Shown: in pieces, positions 27,254 through 37,760 of the stretch
Layout: each line of letters opens with the position of its first letter
Numbering within the stretch: position 1 is the stretch's first letter
Origin: Parasitella parasitica NRRL 2501
Lineage: Eukaryota > Fungi > Mucoromycota
NCBI GenBank assembly: GCA_025201805.1
Contig: MU619239.1
Location: 227,556 to 291,555 of the forward strand
DNA: 64,000 bases
Direction: 5' to 3'
Made by a program: the position numbers and the translations under genes
The notes under the pieces: model-generated
The model's input: only the letters and a program-made list of their open reading frames with translations
Databases searched by the model: none
Told to the model about the DNA's origin: nothing

Positions 27254-28079
27254 TCACATCATACTATTATTATTATTATTATTTTTTAGTATTTTAAGAA
27301 TTAAACTCTGCTCAACTACATAGTATATAGGTTGGTGGTATTGTAATCGTTCTGCGAGATGGCTTGAATCAATCAAAATAGACCTTGTAGTCTGAAATCT
27401 ATCAAGAGTAGGCAAAAATAAAGCGTGTTATATCCATTGATGTAAAGCTAAGATTATACAGTGTCTGTAGTTCTCTCGAAATCCTACAACTCTTTTCGAA
27501 CATGCAAAAAGCACACTTCATTTCCAATGATAAAATTAAATTGTCTACTTCTGGTATGGTCCTTATTTATTATAAACTTTTAAAAAAAAAATACAGTAAT
27601 AAATCCCGTGCTATTGTCCACATATTAATTGGAATGTTGAAGGGGGCTGAGAGAAGGGGGAGGCGTTGTTTTATACAGTAGGTAGGAGCTTCATTTATTA
27701 TTGCAAAGAATGAAGGATCAATATGTTGGTTTGTTGTGCCTGAATGCATGTTTCAAATCCGTCAATAATATTTTTCAAGTTATTTTTAATAATAATAATG
27801 ATAACGAAATAATTCAACAACTGCTACATTGCGTAAAAGTACTCGAGTTTATATATATATGTGTGTGTGTGTTTGTGATACTTGTATAAACTAAAATATA
27901 TAAAAATATAAAAAAAAAAATAGCATGGAAATAATTATAGCAAAAAAAACTGAATTACAACAAATGAATGAATGAATGTGAATAGAATGAATGGAATGGA
28001 TGCTACTACTGATACTATTAGAAGAAGAAAAAAGGTATTCATAGTTGGTATATGTATAAAACTAAGAGGCTCTTTTTTT

Positions 28080-28562
28080 TTATCTCTTCTTGACAGACTC
28101 TAAATGTTGCTTGACAATGAGTTGAGCAACTTCATGCGCTTGAGATGCGTTAGTGACAGTACGGTTCTGATAATGAGGGGCTATCCAACGAGAATTAAAG
28201 GCACGCTGTTGGTGGTAAGAGGGTGGTGCACCCGGAGCAGACTTCGATCTACGTCTAGCCATCATGATGGAGGGTGGAACAAATGCAGAACTTGTACGGT
28301 TTTTCGACTTCATTACCTCAGTCTTAAAAAATTGGCGCATTTGCTGGTCCAAATCAATTGCTTCGAGGAGAACGCTCATGTGGTCCTGCTGACTAGGCAA
28401 TACCGAGGGTACAGACGTTGTGCGAGCATGATTTCGAGACATTTGAAAATGCAATGGCTTTTGCTGTTGTTGCTCGTGGTTGCTACGATGAAGTGCCTTG
28501 GTTTCTCGCTTATGAATACGATGAATTGAAGGAAGTGCAATGTTGAGAGATGATGGAGTCAT
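28080..28562 (-). CDS. Hypothetical 160-aa protein
   Basis: Clean intronless ATG ORF with higher GC than its flanks; low-complexity with motifs LPSI, VLLEAIDLDQ, RRRSKSAP. Confidence 0.65.
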   Translation of the reverse strand: MTPSSLNIALPSIHRIHKRETKALHRSNHEQQQQKPLHFQMSRNHARTTSVPSVLPSQQDHMSVLLEAIDLDQQMRQFFKTEVMKSKNRTSSAFVPPSIMMARRRSKSAPGAPPSYHQQRAFNSRWIAPHYQNRTVTNASQAHEVAQLIVKQHLESVKKR

Positions 28563-29020
28563 TTTTTGTTATTTGTAATGAATATGAAAGAATAGAGAAA
28601 GCTAGATTGAAAAAATCGATTGATTTTTATACTGTTCATAGTCACCCTTTGTTCTACTGTTGCTCCCCTTTAGTGTCCCCTCAAATTCCAACTGATTTTG
28701 ATACAGACTGGATTCTTCATTCTCTTGTTCCCTTACTTTTTATTTGCTTATACTTGCATCTCCCTTGTGTGGCACAATCCCTGTTATTGTATTTATATAC
28801 ATATATTACAAGATATAATTATGATATAATTACTCATTCACTCTCTGGAAAAAAAAAACCTGTTGAATGTACACGCTCTATAATAGCTGACACCATCTCC
28901 TTATTTTATAGACGACCACGTGAAATGCTAAGCATTTTGACTCGGCAGACGGCGTCAAATTTAAGATAACAATTGAATGAAACACATATGATGGCAGTAG
29001 CATTGCAAATTTGATGAATT

Positions 29021-29494
29021 TTATTGCTTTTTCATGACCAGTATCACAACAAAAAACAATGCATAAACCCAAAAAAACATGTTTGGATGGATTTCTGTTG
29101 CAGATGAAGTATTTTTAGGCTTTATTTGTGCCATCTGATAGGCGCCAATTTTACCAACTGCTCCCAGATCACTGCCAGCTGGGATATTCAGCTGTGGCAC
29201 TGACGCCTGTTTAACATTGGGAACTCTTTGCGCCATTCTACCATTTGAAAATGCGGATGAAACTGTGGCCTGAGCTTGTCTTTGTGGTACAGGTGGTTTA
29301 GGTGGCAATGCAGGCAATCCACCTCCCATTTGGACCACTCCCTCAGCCTCTACTGGCTGCTGCTGCTGCTGTGGCGTGGCAGTTGCTGCTGCTTCTAGTA
29401 ATGGTGAAGTGTTCTTATGTTGTTGCTGTTTCTTGTCTTTGTTAATCTGATCCATCGAGGGAAGCGTTGCTATGACATGATCAGAAACTAACAT
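29021..29494 (-). CDS. Hypothetical Q/P-rich protein with C-terminal transmembrane anchor
   Basis: 157-aa ORF ending MFFWVYALFFVVILVMKKQ. Confidence 0.65.
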   Translation of the reverse strand: MLVSDHVIATLPSMDQINKDKKQQQHKNTSPLLEAAATATPQQQQQPVEAEGVVQMGGGLPALPPKPPVPQRQAQATVSSAFSNGRMAQRVPNVKQASVPQLNIPAGSDLGAVGKIGAYQMAQIKPKNTSSATEIHPNMFFWVYALFFVVILVMKKQ

Positions 29495-30308
29495 GTAAAT
29501 TGAGAATATCAGTGAATATACAAAAAAGTTGAAAGTAAATCTCTACCCTTTGTTTGTTTTTGTCTACGCTCCTCTTTTTCTCTCGTACTGGACATGTTGA
29601 GTGTATATGAATAACTTTTAACGACTGACAAAACATAATACAGTGATCTTTATAGAGAACAGAAAATGTCTCCGAGGTTGTCATGACGATAGTTTGAAAT
29701 CTGTCGAGCTGCGATGTTTGTAAATAGAGTAAAAGCAGTATAATCGCCAAGCATTTCGCTTTTCTACACAGTCTATATATATCTCTATTGCTGTCAAATG
29801 TCAAATTACTACTGCATACATATGCTCTTTACCAACTCAAATAACAACCTACATAGTAACCCAACTACTCATGGATGTTATAAAGTTCACACCAGCATCG
29901 ATCATAATCATATACAGCCCAATTTAGGGCTGAATCAATGATTTTCAATCATGCTAGGCAGCTTGCTAACCCTGATACTTACACTGAATCCCCAAGTGCC
30001 TCCTTACATTCCTCAATAATTAAAGCCTCGTGTATGCGCCAAATTATTTTTCTGGCTCCCTTTATTGGCCGTGTGTAACCAAAATCCTTTCTCCTTACTA
30101 TTGTCATCAAGACTTTTTGCAGCTTGCAACAAATCCCGTGAAGGTCCACAAATGCCCCATTCAATCGGTAAGGAATTTCCTTTTTTTTTTATTGAATTTT
30201 TTTTTTACATATAGCACAGCAACCAATCATTGTTTTGAATAAATTACTAAATTTGAACAACATGCTAAATACAGTGAACGCAGCATCGAATTGCAAGTAA
30301 AATGCGAA

Positions 30309-30686
30309 AAATAAATATTCAAAAGTACAACTCAATTTGTGGGTTTTTCTAAAATCAAATTGCAGTTTTCCATGAAATTAAATTGCGGGTATAATGCTAG
30401 GTAAAGCGAAGAGAATTCTTATAATTAGATGGGTTCTTTATTTCTACGTTTTTCGAATTGATCACAAGACTACTGTATAAAGCTCTTATATAATGAATAA
30501 AAGATGTAAAGAATTCAAAAGATTTAATGAAACAAACTTAGGCCTGGCTTTTTTTTTCTTTTCACGCTTTTGCCTGGCTTTTTTTTTTTCAGGATTGAAG
30601 CATGTTTGTAATTTCAAGAGAACAAGCAATTTGCCTATTTTATGCGGTACCGTATAATAAAGAAAATGCAGAGAAGTACACCAAGA
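30309..30686 (+). repeat. Left inverted-repeat arm
   Basis: Reverse complement of ~32108-32447, with a short extra segment near 30327-30340 and a ~30-bp insertion/duplication at 30571-30600. Confidence 0.95.
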
Positions 30687-30812
30687 CGTTACTCAGAAAA
30701 TCCTAAACAACCATTTCTTTGTTCATTAAAATCAATGATTGCCAATCCATCAGAATACAAACAATATCCTGCAATTTTGAAGAATAACAGTCAAGAAAAA
30801 GAAGAGAGCTAA
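30602..30812 (+). pseudogene. Truncated paralogue of the element gene N-terminus
   Basis: MFVISREQAICLFYAVPYNKENAEKYTKT, then (after a deletion/frameshift) YSENPKQPFLCSLKSMIANPSEYKQYPAIL...stop, which aligns with the opposite-strand gene N-terminus. Confidence 0.7.
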
Positions 30813-30858
30813 TAGTAATTTTGAATCGATGATAATAATACTTTATACAAAATAAAAA

Positions 30859-32192
30859 CTAGTTTTTAGACCTATGATACAAATTTTCCCGACTATCGAA
30901 TTTGAATAAGGCTTTTGGCTCTATTAATTCTTCCTGGCAATTGATAACGTGAACTTGATTATCGTGAATAATGGTATCAATAATTATTGTTTGAATATTA
31001 CTATTTTCACTAAAACCAAAAGTTAATTAATTGCTTTGTTTATAGTATGTTACATACCGCAGAAACGCCTCTAAATTAGTAAAGTTGGTGGTGAGGCCCG
31101 CTGAATCTATTATAACCAAAGCTACTTTGTTTATTTTTTGAATATCTTGAAGTAGATCTGCAAAAAAGTCAGTATTATAGTAAATGAAAATTGTATGCTA
31201 TTTAAGATATTAAATACCTTGTGCATTGCCATTGATACCTGATAGCTGATCAATAATCGCATTTTTTTTTTATATCTCTTTTTTTAAATGGTGTACCAGC
31301 ATTACAGCTAACAGTTACATAAACCTTCTGCGCTAAGGACTTCTCTTTCAATCCAAGAACCATAGATTGAAGGCATTTGGTCACTTTCTCGTTATCCGCA
31401 GTCGTTTTTGACTTTCTACAATAGCCAATAATAAAATATCCTTGTATTTTAAGATCCATTATATATTGTTGGTATTGTATTGGTAGATTAACTATGTCTT
31501 CTATAAGTGCATCTACAACGCGATAATTGATAAGAAAAATAGAATTAATAATTTGTGCGTTAAACGTTACTTACCTTTATGCTGGTCCTTTAAAACATAT
31601 AAGTTTCGTAAAATTGATCTTGATGTTGGGCTGGAATCTTCATGTTTCCTTTTAACACTTGGAGTTGTGAAATTCAACTTTTGTGTTCTACACCAATTTG
31701 TGAATTTTGAAAAGTTATCTTCTTTAAACAACGAAGTGTATTCCCAGACGTGTGATAATATTGTATTCATTGATAAAGCTTTACATTCATACAAAACAGA
31801 CTCTGGATCTTCTGAAAGATAAGCTATATCCAGGAATTGTTTTAATTGTGGAGTAGTTTCTATAAAATGAAAAAAGTCAACCAGTGGAAGAAAAAAGCAT
31901 TAACTGTAACAAGTACCAATTTCTATTTTGCGATTTCCAACTTCTTGATTGCTTTGGCCAATTTCTTCATCAGTTTTTTCTTGTCGGCTTCCAGATGGGT
32001 ATAAATGAATATCAAATGAGTTGGCATAAATTATTCTTGTACAAAGAAGTCTTGTTTTTTCTGGTTTTTTGTATAGCAGACGTCGACATCCTCCATTTCA
32101 TCAATCTTCTTTGTGTACTTTTCTGCATTTTCTTTATTATATGGTATAGCATAAAATAGGCAAATTGCTTGTTCTCTTGAAATTACAAACAT
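30859..32192 (-). pseudogene. Five-exon gene (~368 aa) with C-terminal serine-recombinase/resolvase-like domain; two single-base frameshifts in homopolymer runs
   Basis: ATG 32192; GT-AG introns 31860-31916, 31513-31574, 31158-31217 and 31010-31057 with consistent phases; IIGYCRKS at 31409-31432; KVALVIIDSAGLTTNFTNLEAFLRENSNIQTIIID; TAG at 30859-30861; frameshifts near 32055-32070 and 31262-31271. Confidence 0.75.
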
Positions 32193-32447
32193 GTTTAAAG
32201 CGTGAAAAGAAAAAAAAAGCCAGGCCTAAGTTTGTTTCATTAAATCTTTTGAATTCTTTACATCTTTTATTCATTATATAAGAGCTTTATACAGTACTCT
32301 TGTGATCAATTCGAAAAACGTAGAAATAAAGAACCCATCTAATTATAAGAATTCTCTTCGCTTTACCTAGCATTATACCCGCAATTTAATTTCATGGAAA
32401 ACTGCAATTTGATTTTAGAAAAAGCCCGCACTTTTGAATATTTATTT
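32108..32447 (-). repeat. Right inverted-repeat arm (includes upstream region and first ~28 codons of the element gene)
   Basis: Reverse complement of the left arm. Confidence 0.95.
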
Positions 32448-32528
32448 CCTTATTTTTGCTACAAGATTTTACATGTGTACTTTTCCAACGATCAAGGAAA
32501 TCACCAATAAAACGTGTCAAATGCTATA

Positions 32529-32677
32529 CTAAAACATGTATGGATGCCCATAAGGATTTACGTGGCTATAGGGCATCAATTGCTGCTGCTGCTGCTGCGA
32601 AAAGTAGGGAGCCATGGGCGTTGGTCCCATGATTTGGTTAGAAAATTGTGGATTTTGTAGGTGCATCATCATCATTT

Positions 32678-32712
<35 letters not shown>

Positions 32713-33260
32713 ATGAGAAAGCTGTTCATCAACATCATACTATAAGGGTCTTGCGGTATCATCCCAGCAGAAGCACCTATTGGAGGAGGAGGGAACATCA
32801 TGTTTGGCGGTGGCATCATGTATTGGGATGGTGGTGGTGGTAGATATTGTGGCATCATTGGTGGGCCTGGAGCTAACATGTATTCTTGCTGCTGTGGATA
32901 ATAGTAACTAGAAGCCTGTTGAGGAGGAGGCTGTACCTGTTGTTGCTGCTGTGCAGCAGCTATTTGCTGTATTTGTTCAGGATCCAACTGTATTTGCTGT
33001 GGTTGTTGGTTTTGATGGTCTTTCCAATGTTGATAGCCCAAGGCTAAGGCACCTGCAATGCCAGCATTTCTCCAGAAATGGATATTGTTTTTTTCATGAT
33101 TCTCGTCGTATTTATTCAATAATGCGTCTGCGCCAGCAAACGTAGCAGCATTTGTTATCCATTCCATTGGCCCTGAGCCAAAAATGCCATTATTATTATT
33201 ATTATTATTGGTATGATTTGTTATGTAGCTATGCAACAAATTATTAATAAACGAAGCCAT
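32529..33260 (-). CDS. Q/P/M/Y-rich low-complexity protein (243 aa)
   Basis: Intronless ATG ORF MASFINNLL...; small-residue helix AGIAGALALGYQHWKDH, then poly-Q and PPPMM repeats. Confidence 0.7.
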
Positions 33261-33472
33261 CGTATCTGAGGAAAAGCAAAAAAGAAAGGAAAACAAGTAG
33301 TGCTGGCCCAAATTTCCTTTACTAAAATAATCAACAACAAACAACGAAAACTTGTGAATATATGCGGTAACTGCGGACTACACATGGAGTCTTAGGTGAC
33401 CTCAGTAGCACAAAACGTTTGAGCGGATAAACGTTGGTGAACCGTATTTAATACATAAAATCATTACTGCTG

Positions 33473-35770
33473 TTACATCATATCCAGGTCATCCTCATCA
33501 TCAATTGAAGGTGATCTACCAAAAACTCTTCCTGATCCAAATACAGCTTTAGATGATGAAGAATCAGCATGAAGGGAGGGCCTAGGAAACCCGTTTTTGG
33601 ATGATGATGAAGCAGTGCCTCGGTTTAATCGATTACTGCTTTTGACAGAATTCAGTGTCAAAGCATCGCTATTATCAAATTCATCATCTTCCACGTGGAG
33701 ACCACGAATGTCATTCAGCATTTTCCTATTTGCTCTTTCCATTTTCCTCCTCTTTTCTCTCCAATATTCTGCTAATGTTTGGTTTCTTTGCTGAATGTGC
33801 TTCTTGGTCAAGAATGGCTTTAACCACTTTTCATCAAACGACACAAACCAATGAGGCGGCCTATCTTCGGGGATGGGCTCTCCTAATGGCCCTGACAATA
33901 ACCCGCCTATGGATATTTCATTGTAATCTTGGCTTTTGCCTTTTCGTCTTCTCTGAGGCTGATTTCCGGTCTCTAATAACTCGTCATCCCCCACTGGGTC
34001 TAGTAAACGTTCCTCGGATGGATCATTGCTGTTCAACCTACTATATCCCTTGCCATGCTTATTGCGCTGAAGGTTTTCTTCGCCTTGATCGTTTTCTTCT
34101 TCATTTTCACTATCAGAGTCATCGAGTTCGACGACTCCAGTTTTTACATCCAGGACTTGGAGCATTCGGCTAGTTGTACCACCAAACAATAGCACGGTCA
34201 GCACAACTACTGCCAAAATTGTTGTACGCATGGCAGGAGCACTGTCACCTGTGATGCCTGATGCTAAAGCAAACGCAACGGCACCTCTTAATCCAGCCCA
34301 AAAAAGCATCATTTGATGATTTCGCGGTAGCTGGTCAGGCTTACCAAGTGCTCTACAAACAGTATTTATCATCATAGACAAAGGGGCTACGGAAGCGTAT
34401 CTAGCTACGCAGATGAAAGCCTACAAGAGTTATTAGTTTCAAACAAGAAGGCCTAAACCGACTTTAACCCTACCAATGTCGCCAAAATAAACAATGGCTT
34501 GTAATCAAGATCATCTTGAGTGAATAAATTGATGCCAAGATAGATAAAAATAAAATTCTCAGATAATTGCGATAGGATTTGGAACATAAACTTGGTAGCT
34601 CTCTTGCTTCGTATTGACAGATTATCGTACGCATAATGTTTTAGAGTGATGCCTGTGAAAAGTAAAGTGACAATACCAGACATTTGAGTGCCGTTCGAGA
34701 AGAAGTAGCTGCTGTAAGCCATTAATAATACCAAGCAGGATTCAATGTTCGAGAAGCGACTCAATTGGGAATACTTCAGCATCAAGGCAACCACAACGCC
34801 GAACAAAATACCAATAAATGTAGATGCCCAGAATACGCCTAAAAAGAGCCCGATACCCTTAAAAATATTGACAGCATGCAGCTCCTGTCCGCGAAATTTA
34901 CGAAGGGTACTGTCGTAGGTTTAGTTAAATTCTATATAACCTCACTCCCGATCCTTACTCTGACAGCACAATGGCAACTGCATCATTCAATAAAGATTCA
35001 CCAGAGATGATGGAAAATAACTGTGGATCTACATGTAGCTGGTTGAAAATGGCCAAGATGGTGACCGGATCTGTAGCTGATAATATAGATCCATAAATCA
35101 TGCTGTCCAAAAATGAAATGCTGATGCCTTCTGGTTTCAAAAATGCATACAGATATGTACACACACTGTATATATGCAAAGAAAGAAAATAACATTAAGT
35201 GTCTAACAATGGGCCATTCCATTCACCATGTAAATACCCTGTGACAACAGCTGCAATAAATGTACCTGCCATTGCAAATGTTAGGATGGTGCCAAAGTTG
35301 AGAAAGAAATTTCTCTAAGAACATTATATTTAGCGCCTTTAACTATTAGATATGTATGTCGCTATATTATGCTTTACTCTTTTTAGTTCATAGCCCGAGT
35401 TCAGGATAATAGGTGGCAGTAATAGATTGAAAAAGAAACCCTGTTTGAACTTGACCATGTCTTGAATGATGGTACCAGGAGCCAATTTAATAACTAAGCC
35501 CACAATCATACCTTGAATCCCACCGAACAGCGTTATTTGCATTACTTTACGGATTTAATCGCATACATTTGAATACGTACCAGCCATAATGGATATCACA
35601 GTTTCATGAACTGCTCGAATTTTTCGAAGTTGTAGAAAGTAACTGGTCCATAAAGCCCCAATAAGTAAAGTCATTAGAATTAAGAGTGCCCAGGCGGAAT
35701 ACATTTCTTCTTCTAATGGTTGGTCAGTGTTATCATCTATTGGAAGTGTGCTATTTGTATCAGGATCCAT
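33473..35770 (-). CDS. NHX1: Endosomal/vacuolar Na+/H+ exchanger (CPA1), spliced
   Basis: [81 protein letters not shown]. Confidence 0.95.
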
Positions 35771-35879
35771 TGCTTTGAGTAGTCGTAAACTATGAAATAG
35801 GGTATTAAAAAAAAAGCGAATATAAAGCCAAGACTAATCTTGACTTCCTGAAAAGTGCATGAAGCAAGAGTCACGAATT

Positions 35880-36300
35880 TCCCCATTATCGTTGTAGATA
35901 GAATAGGCCATAGCTGGGAAAGAGTGATAAGAGGGATTTTGTGTAGAGTGATTCCTTTGGATTGGCAGTAACAAATGTCGGAAAAATCCAGGGACAAAAA
36001 AAGCTTCAAGAATATCGGCAATGGCTGTGGTGGGCCACAGGAACTCAAAATGGTATCCTGCTGTATTTTTTCTTTGTAGAGACAATGAAAGAGGAGGTAG
36101 GATGCGCAATCAATGGTAGCCAGGTGCAAGAAGCGTTGATTTGGGATACGTCCTGCAATAGGTTGGTAAATAACATTTCTTTGGGTTGCGGTGAGTAAGA
36201 AGGCCCAAAATTGTTCTCAATTGGCAGTAGAATATTCCTAAGAGCAAAAGGCTGGCTCACCACCGACAGAACTACCAAGAAACCATGATTAAAATAGCTT
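35880..36300 (-). mobile_element. Decayed 3' fragment of a LINE (non-LTR) ORF2, zinc-binding C-terminal region
   Basis: Frame-hopping translation gives FWAFLLTATQRNVIYQPIAGRIPNQRFLH...SYLLFHCLYKEK...FEFLWPTTAIADILEAF.LSLDFSDICYC...LITLSQLW, which resembles the zf-RVT tail of fungal LINE ORF2 proteins; multiple stops and frameshifts. Confidence 0.6.
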
Positions 36301-36689
36301 AATCTCTTGAAACAGGACGTTCTCTAACAATACAAGGCTGTGGTTTACAGTTTTTCTTCTTTTGTATTTTCTTTTTTATTGATGAAACACCGTAAATACT
36401 ATAAGGAAAGGCTATCAATGGTATTGTTCAGGTACCTACAGACTACTTTTGTTTATTTAGTAGAATTGGGGTGAAATACGTATTTAAAAAGCAAAGGAAG
36501 TTGGTAGGAGGGGTGAGGGTATTCAAATAAACCAGTTTACAGCGACAGAGAACTATGCAAAGGGTATTATGATCATTGTGCGATATGAAAATGTATAGCA
36601 GGTGCATTATTGTCTAAACAAAGTAATCATTCACCAACGTAGCATTGGCGTTACTGCCTATAAATCCCAACGCTTCATCCTCAAGGCTA

Positions 36690-37760
36690 TCAATTGTTTG
36701 TTTCTAACGGCTTCTCAACAATATGCTCAAGGAAAGACAGGAAATCGAACAGTTTGAGCCATTCTTTCTTTAATTTTGCTGTTGTGGGTATAGTGCAACT
36801 GCAAGCTTTGATTTATTGCCACTTGTGCTGGTCAGAGGCTCGTGCAATGCTAAATGTCAGACAATCGCTAATGACATTCACACAAGGAAACAGCATTTCC
36901 TTCATTGTCTTGAGGGATGCCATCTTGTACTTTGAGATCAAACGCTTCAGGAAATTTGAAGTACTCTTTAACTGTTTGAAGGTGTAGTCGATGCTATGCA
37001 TAGCATTGTTGTGGGAGTTAATTCAAATTTGGTTAGCTATTGCTCCTATCAATGTACTAAACTCGATATCCAAAAACATACTTAACCACTCGACTTAATT
37101 GAGATCAAAAAAGTCTCTTCATTGTTGGAGAGGACACAAACGAATAAGTTTCTCTTGATACCGGATGCTCGAAAATCTTTCAGAGGCAACCAAACTCTCT
37201 TACTGTCTTGTAGTTGTTTCTCGCACTTGAATTGAAGAAAAGAGGATTTATCAGCTATGCTTCAAGTCTCACATAATATTGCTTATGCATACCAATGTGC
37301 TTTCAGATTTATCATAACAGCAAAGTGTTTAAGAATTGAGATGACTATTTCGGAGTAGAAGGTGCGCTCTTGGTTGGGATCGATGGGATAAACTCTTTTG
37401 AAAGTCTGATAGTATGCTGTGAGAATGATTCGCATAGGATCAATGAATTCACCATCGACTTTAACATTCCAAAGGAATTTTATATTTCGGAAAGGGCCTT
37501 TTGGAGAGCCTCTTTTGAGAATCTGATGGTATCCTTCTCTTGTTTGACATGCTTGTTGATATCGTTGTGTCAGAAAGGCATGAAATTAAGCAATTATTAG
37601 ATTGGTAATTCTTTGTATACAATGACAACGAATAAGCTATTGATGTACAATAATATGCAATTAATTTGATATTGCATACCAAGTTCAACGTTTAACCATG
37701 ATGGCAAATAGTGTCACAATAGATACAATCTGGTATAATAAGATGGCATTTTTTTTGTGT
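36690..37760 (-). pseudogene. Decayed spliced gene of a restriction-endonuclease-like (PD-(D/E)xK-type) family
   Basis: Fragments NQERTFYSEIVISILKHF..HW|CEKQL, ETFLISIKSSG, HSIDYTFKQLKSTSNFLK, CVNVISDCLTF, SCTIPTT..KEWLKLFDFLSFL, interrupted by stops and frameshifts; family assignment by recollection of motif pattern only. Confidence 0.45.

Larger units (their letters stand above)
30309..32447. mobile_element. Inverted-repeat-bounded element carrying a serine-recombinase-like gene (putative DNA transposon or invertible element)
   Basis: 30344-30570 is the reverse complement of 32197-32423 (226/227 by eye); an 18-bp outer extension (aaataaatattcaaaagt) and an inner extension (30601-30686 vs ~32108-32193); AT-rich interior; no target-site duplication found. 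Confidence 0.75.

Noticed and set aside
29940-30180. VDLHG (Smr-like) on the minus strand and LYWP (integrase zinc-domain-like) on the plus strand
   Set aside because: Single short motifs without supporting downstream residues; too weak to call.
30290-32470. Target-site duplication or a classic DDE transposase for the inverted-repeat element
   Set aside because: No direct repeat found at the apparent ends, and no DDE, TnpB/Fanzor or tyrosine-recombinase motifs inside, so no superfamily was assigned.
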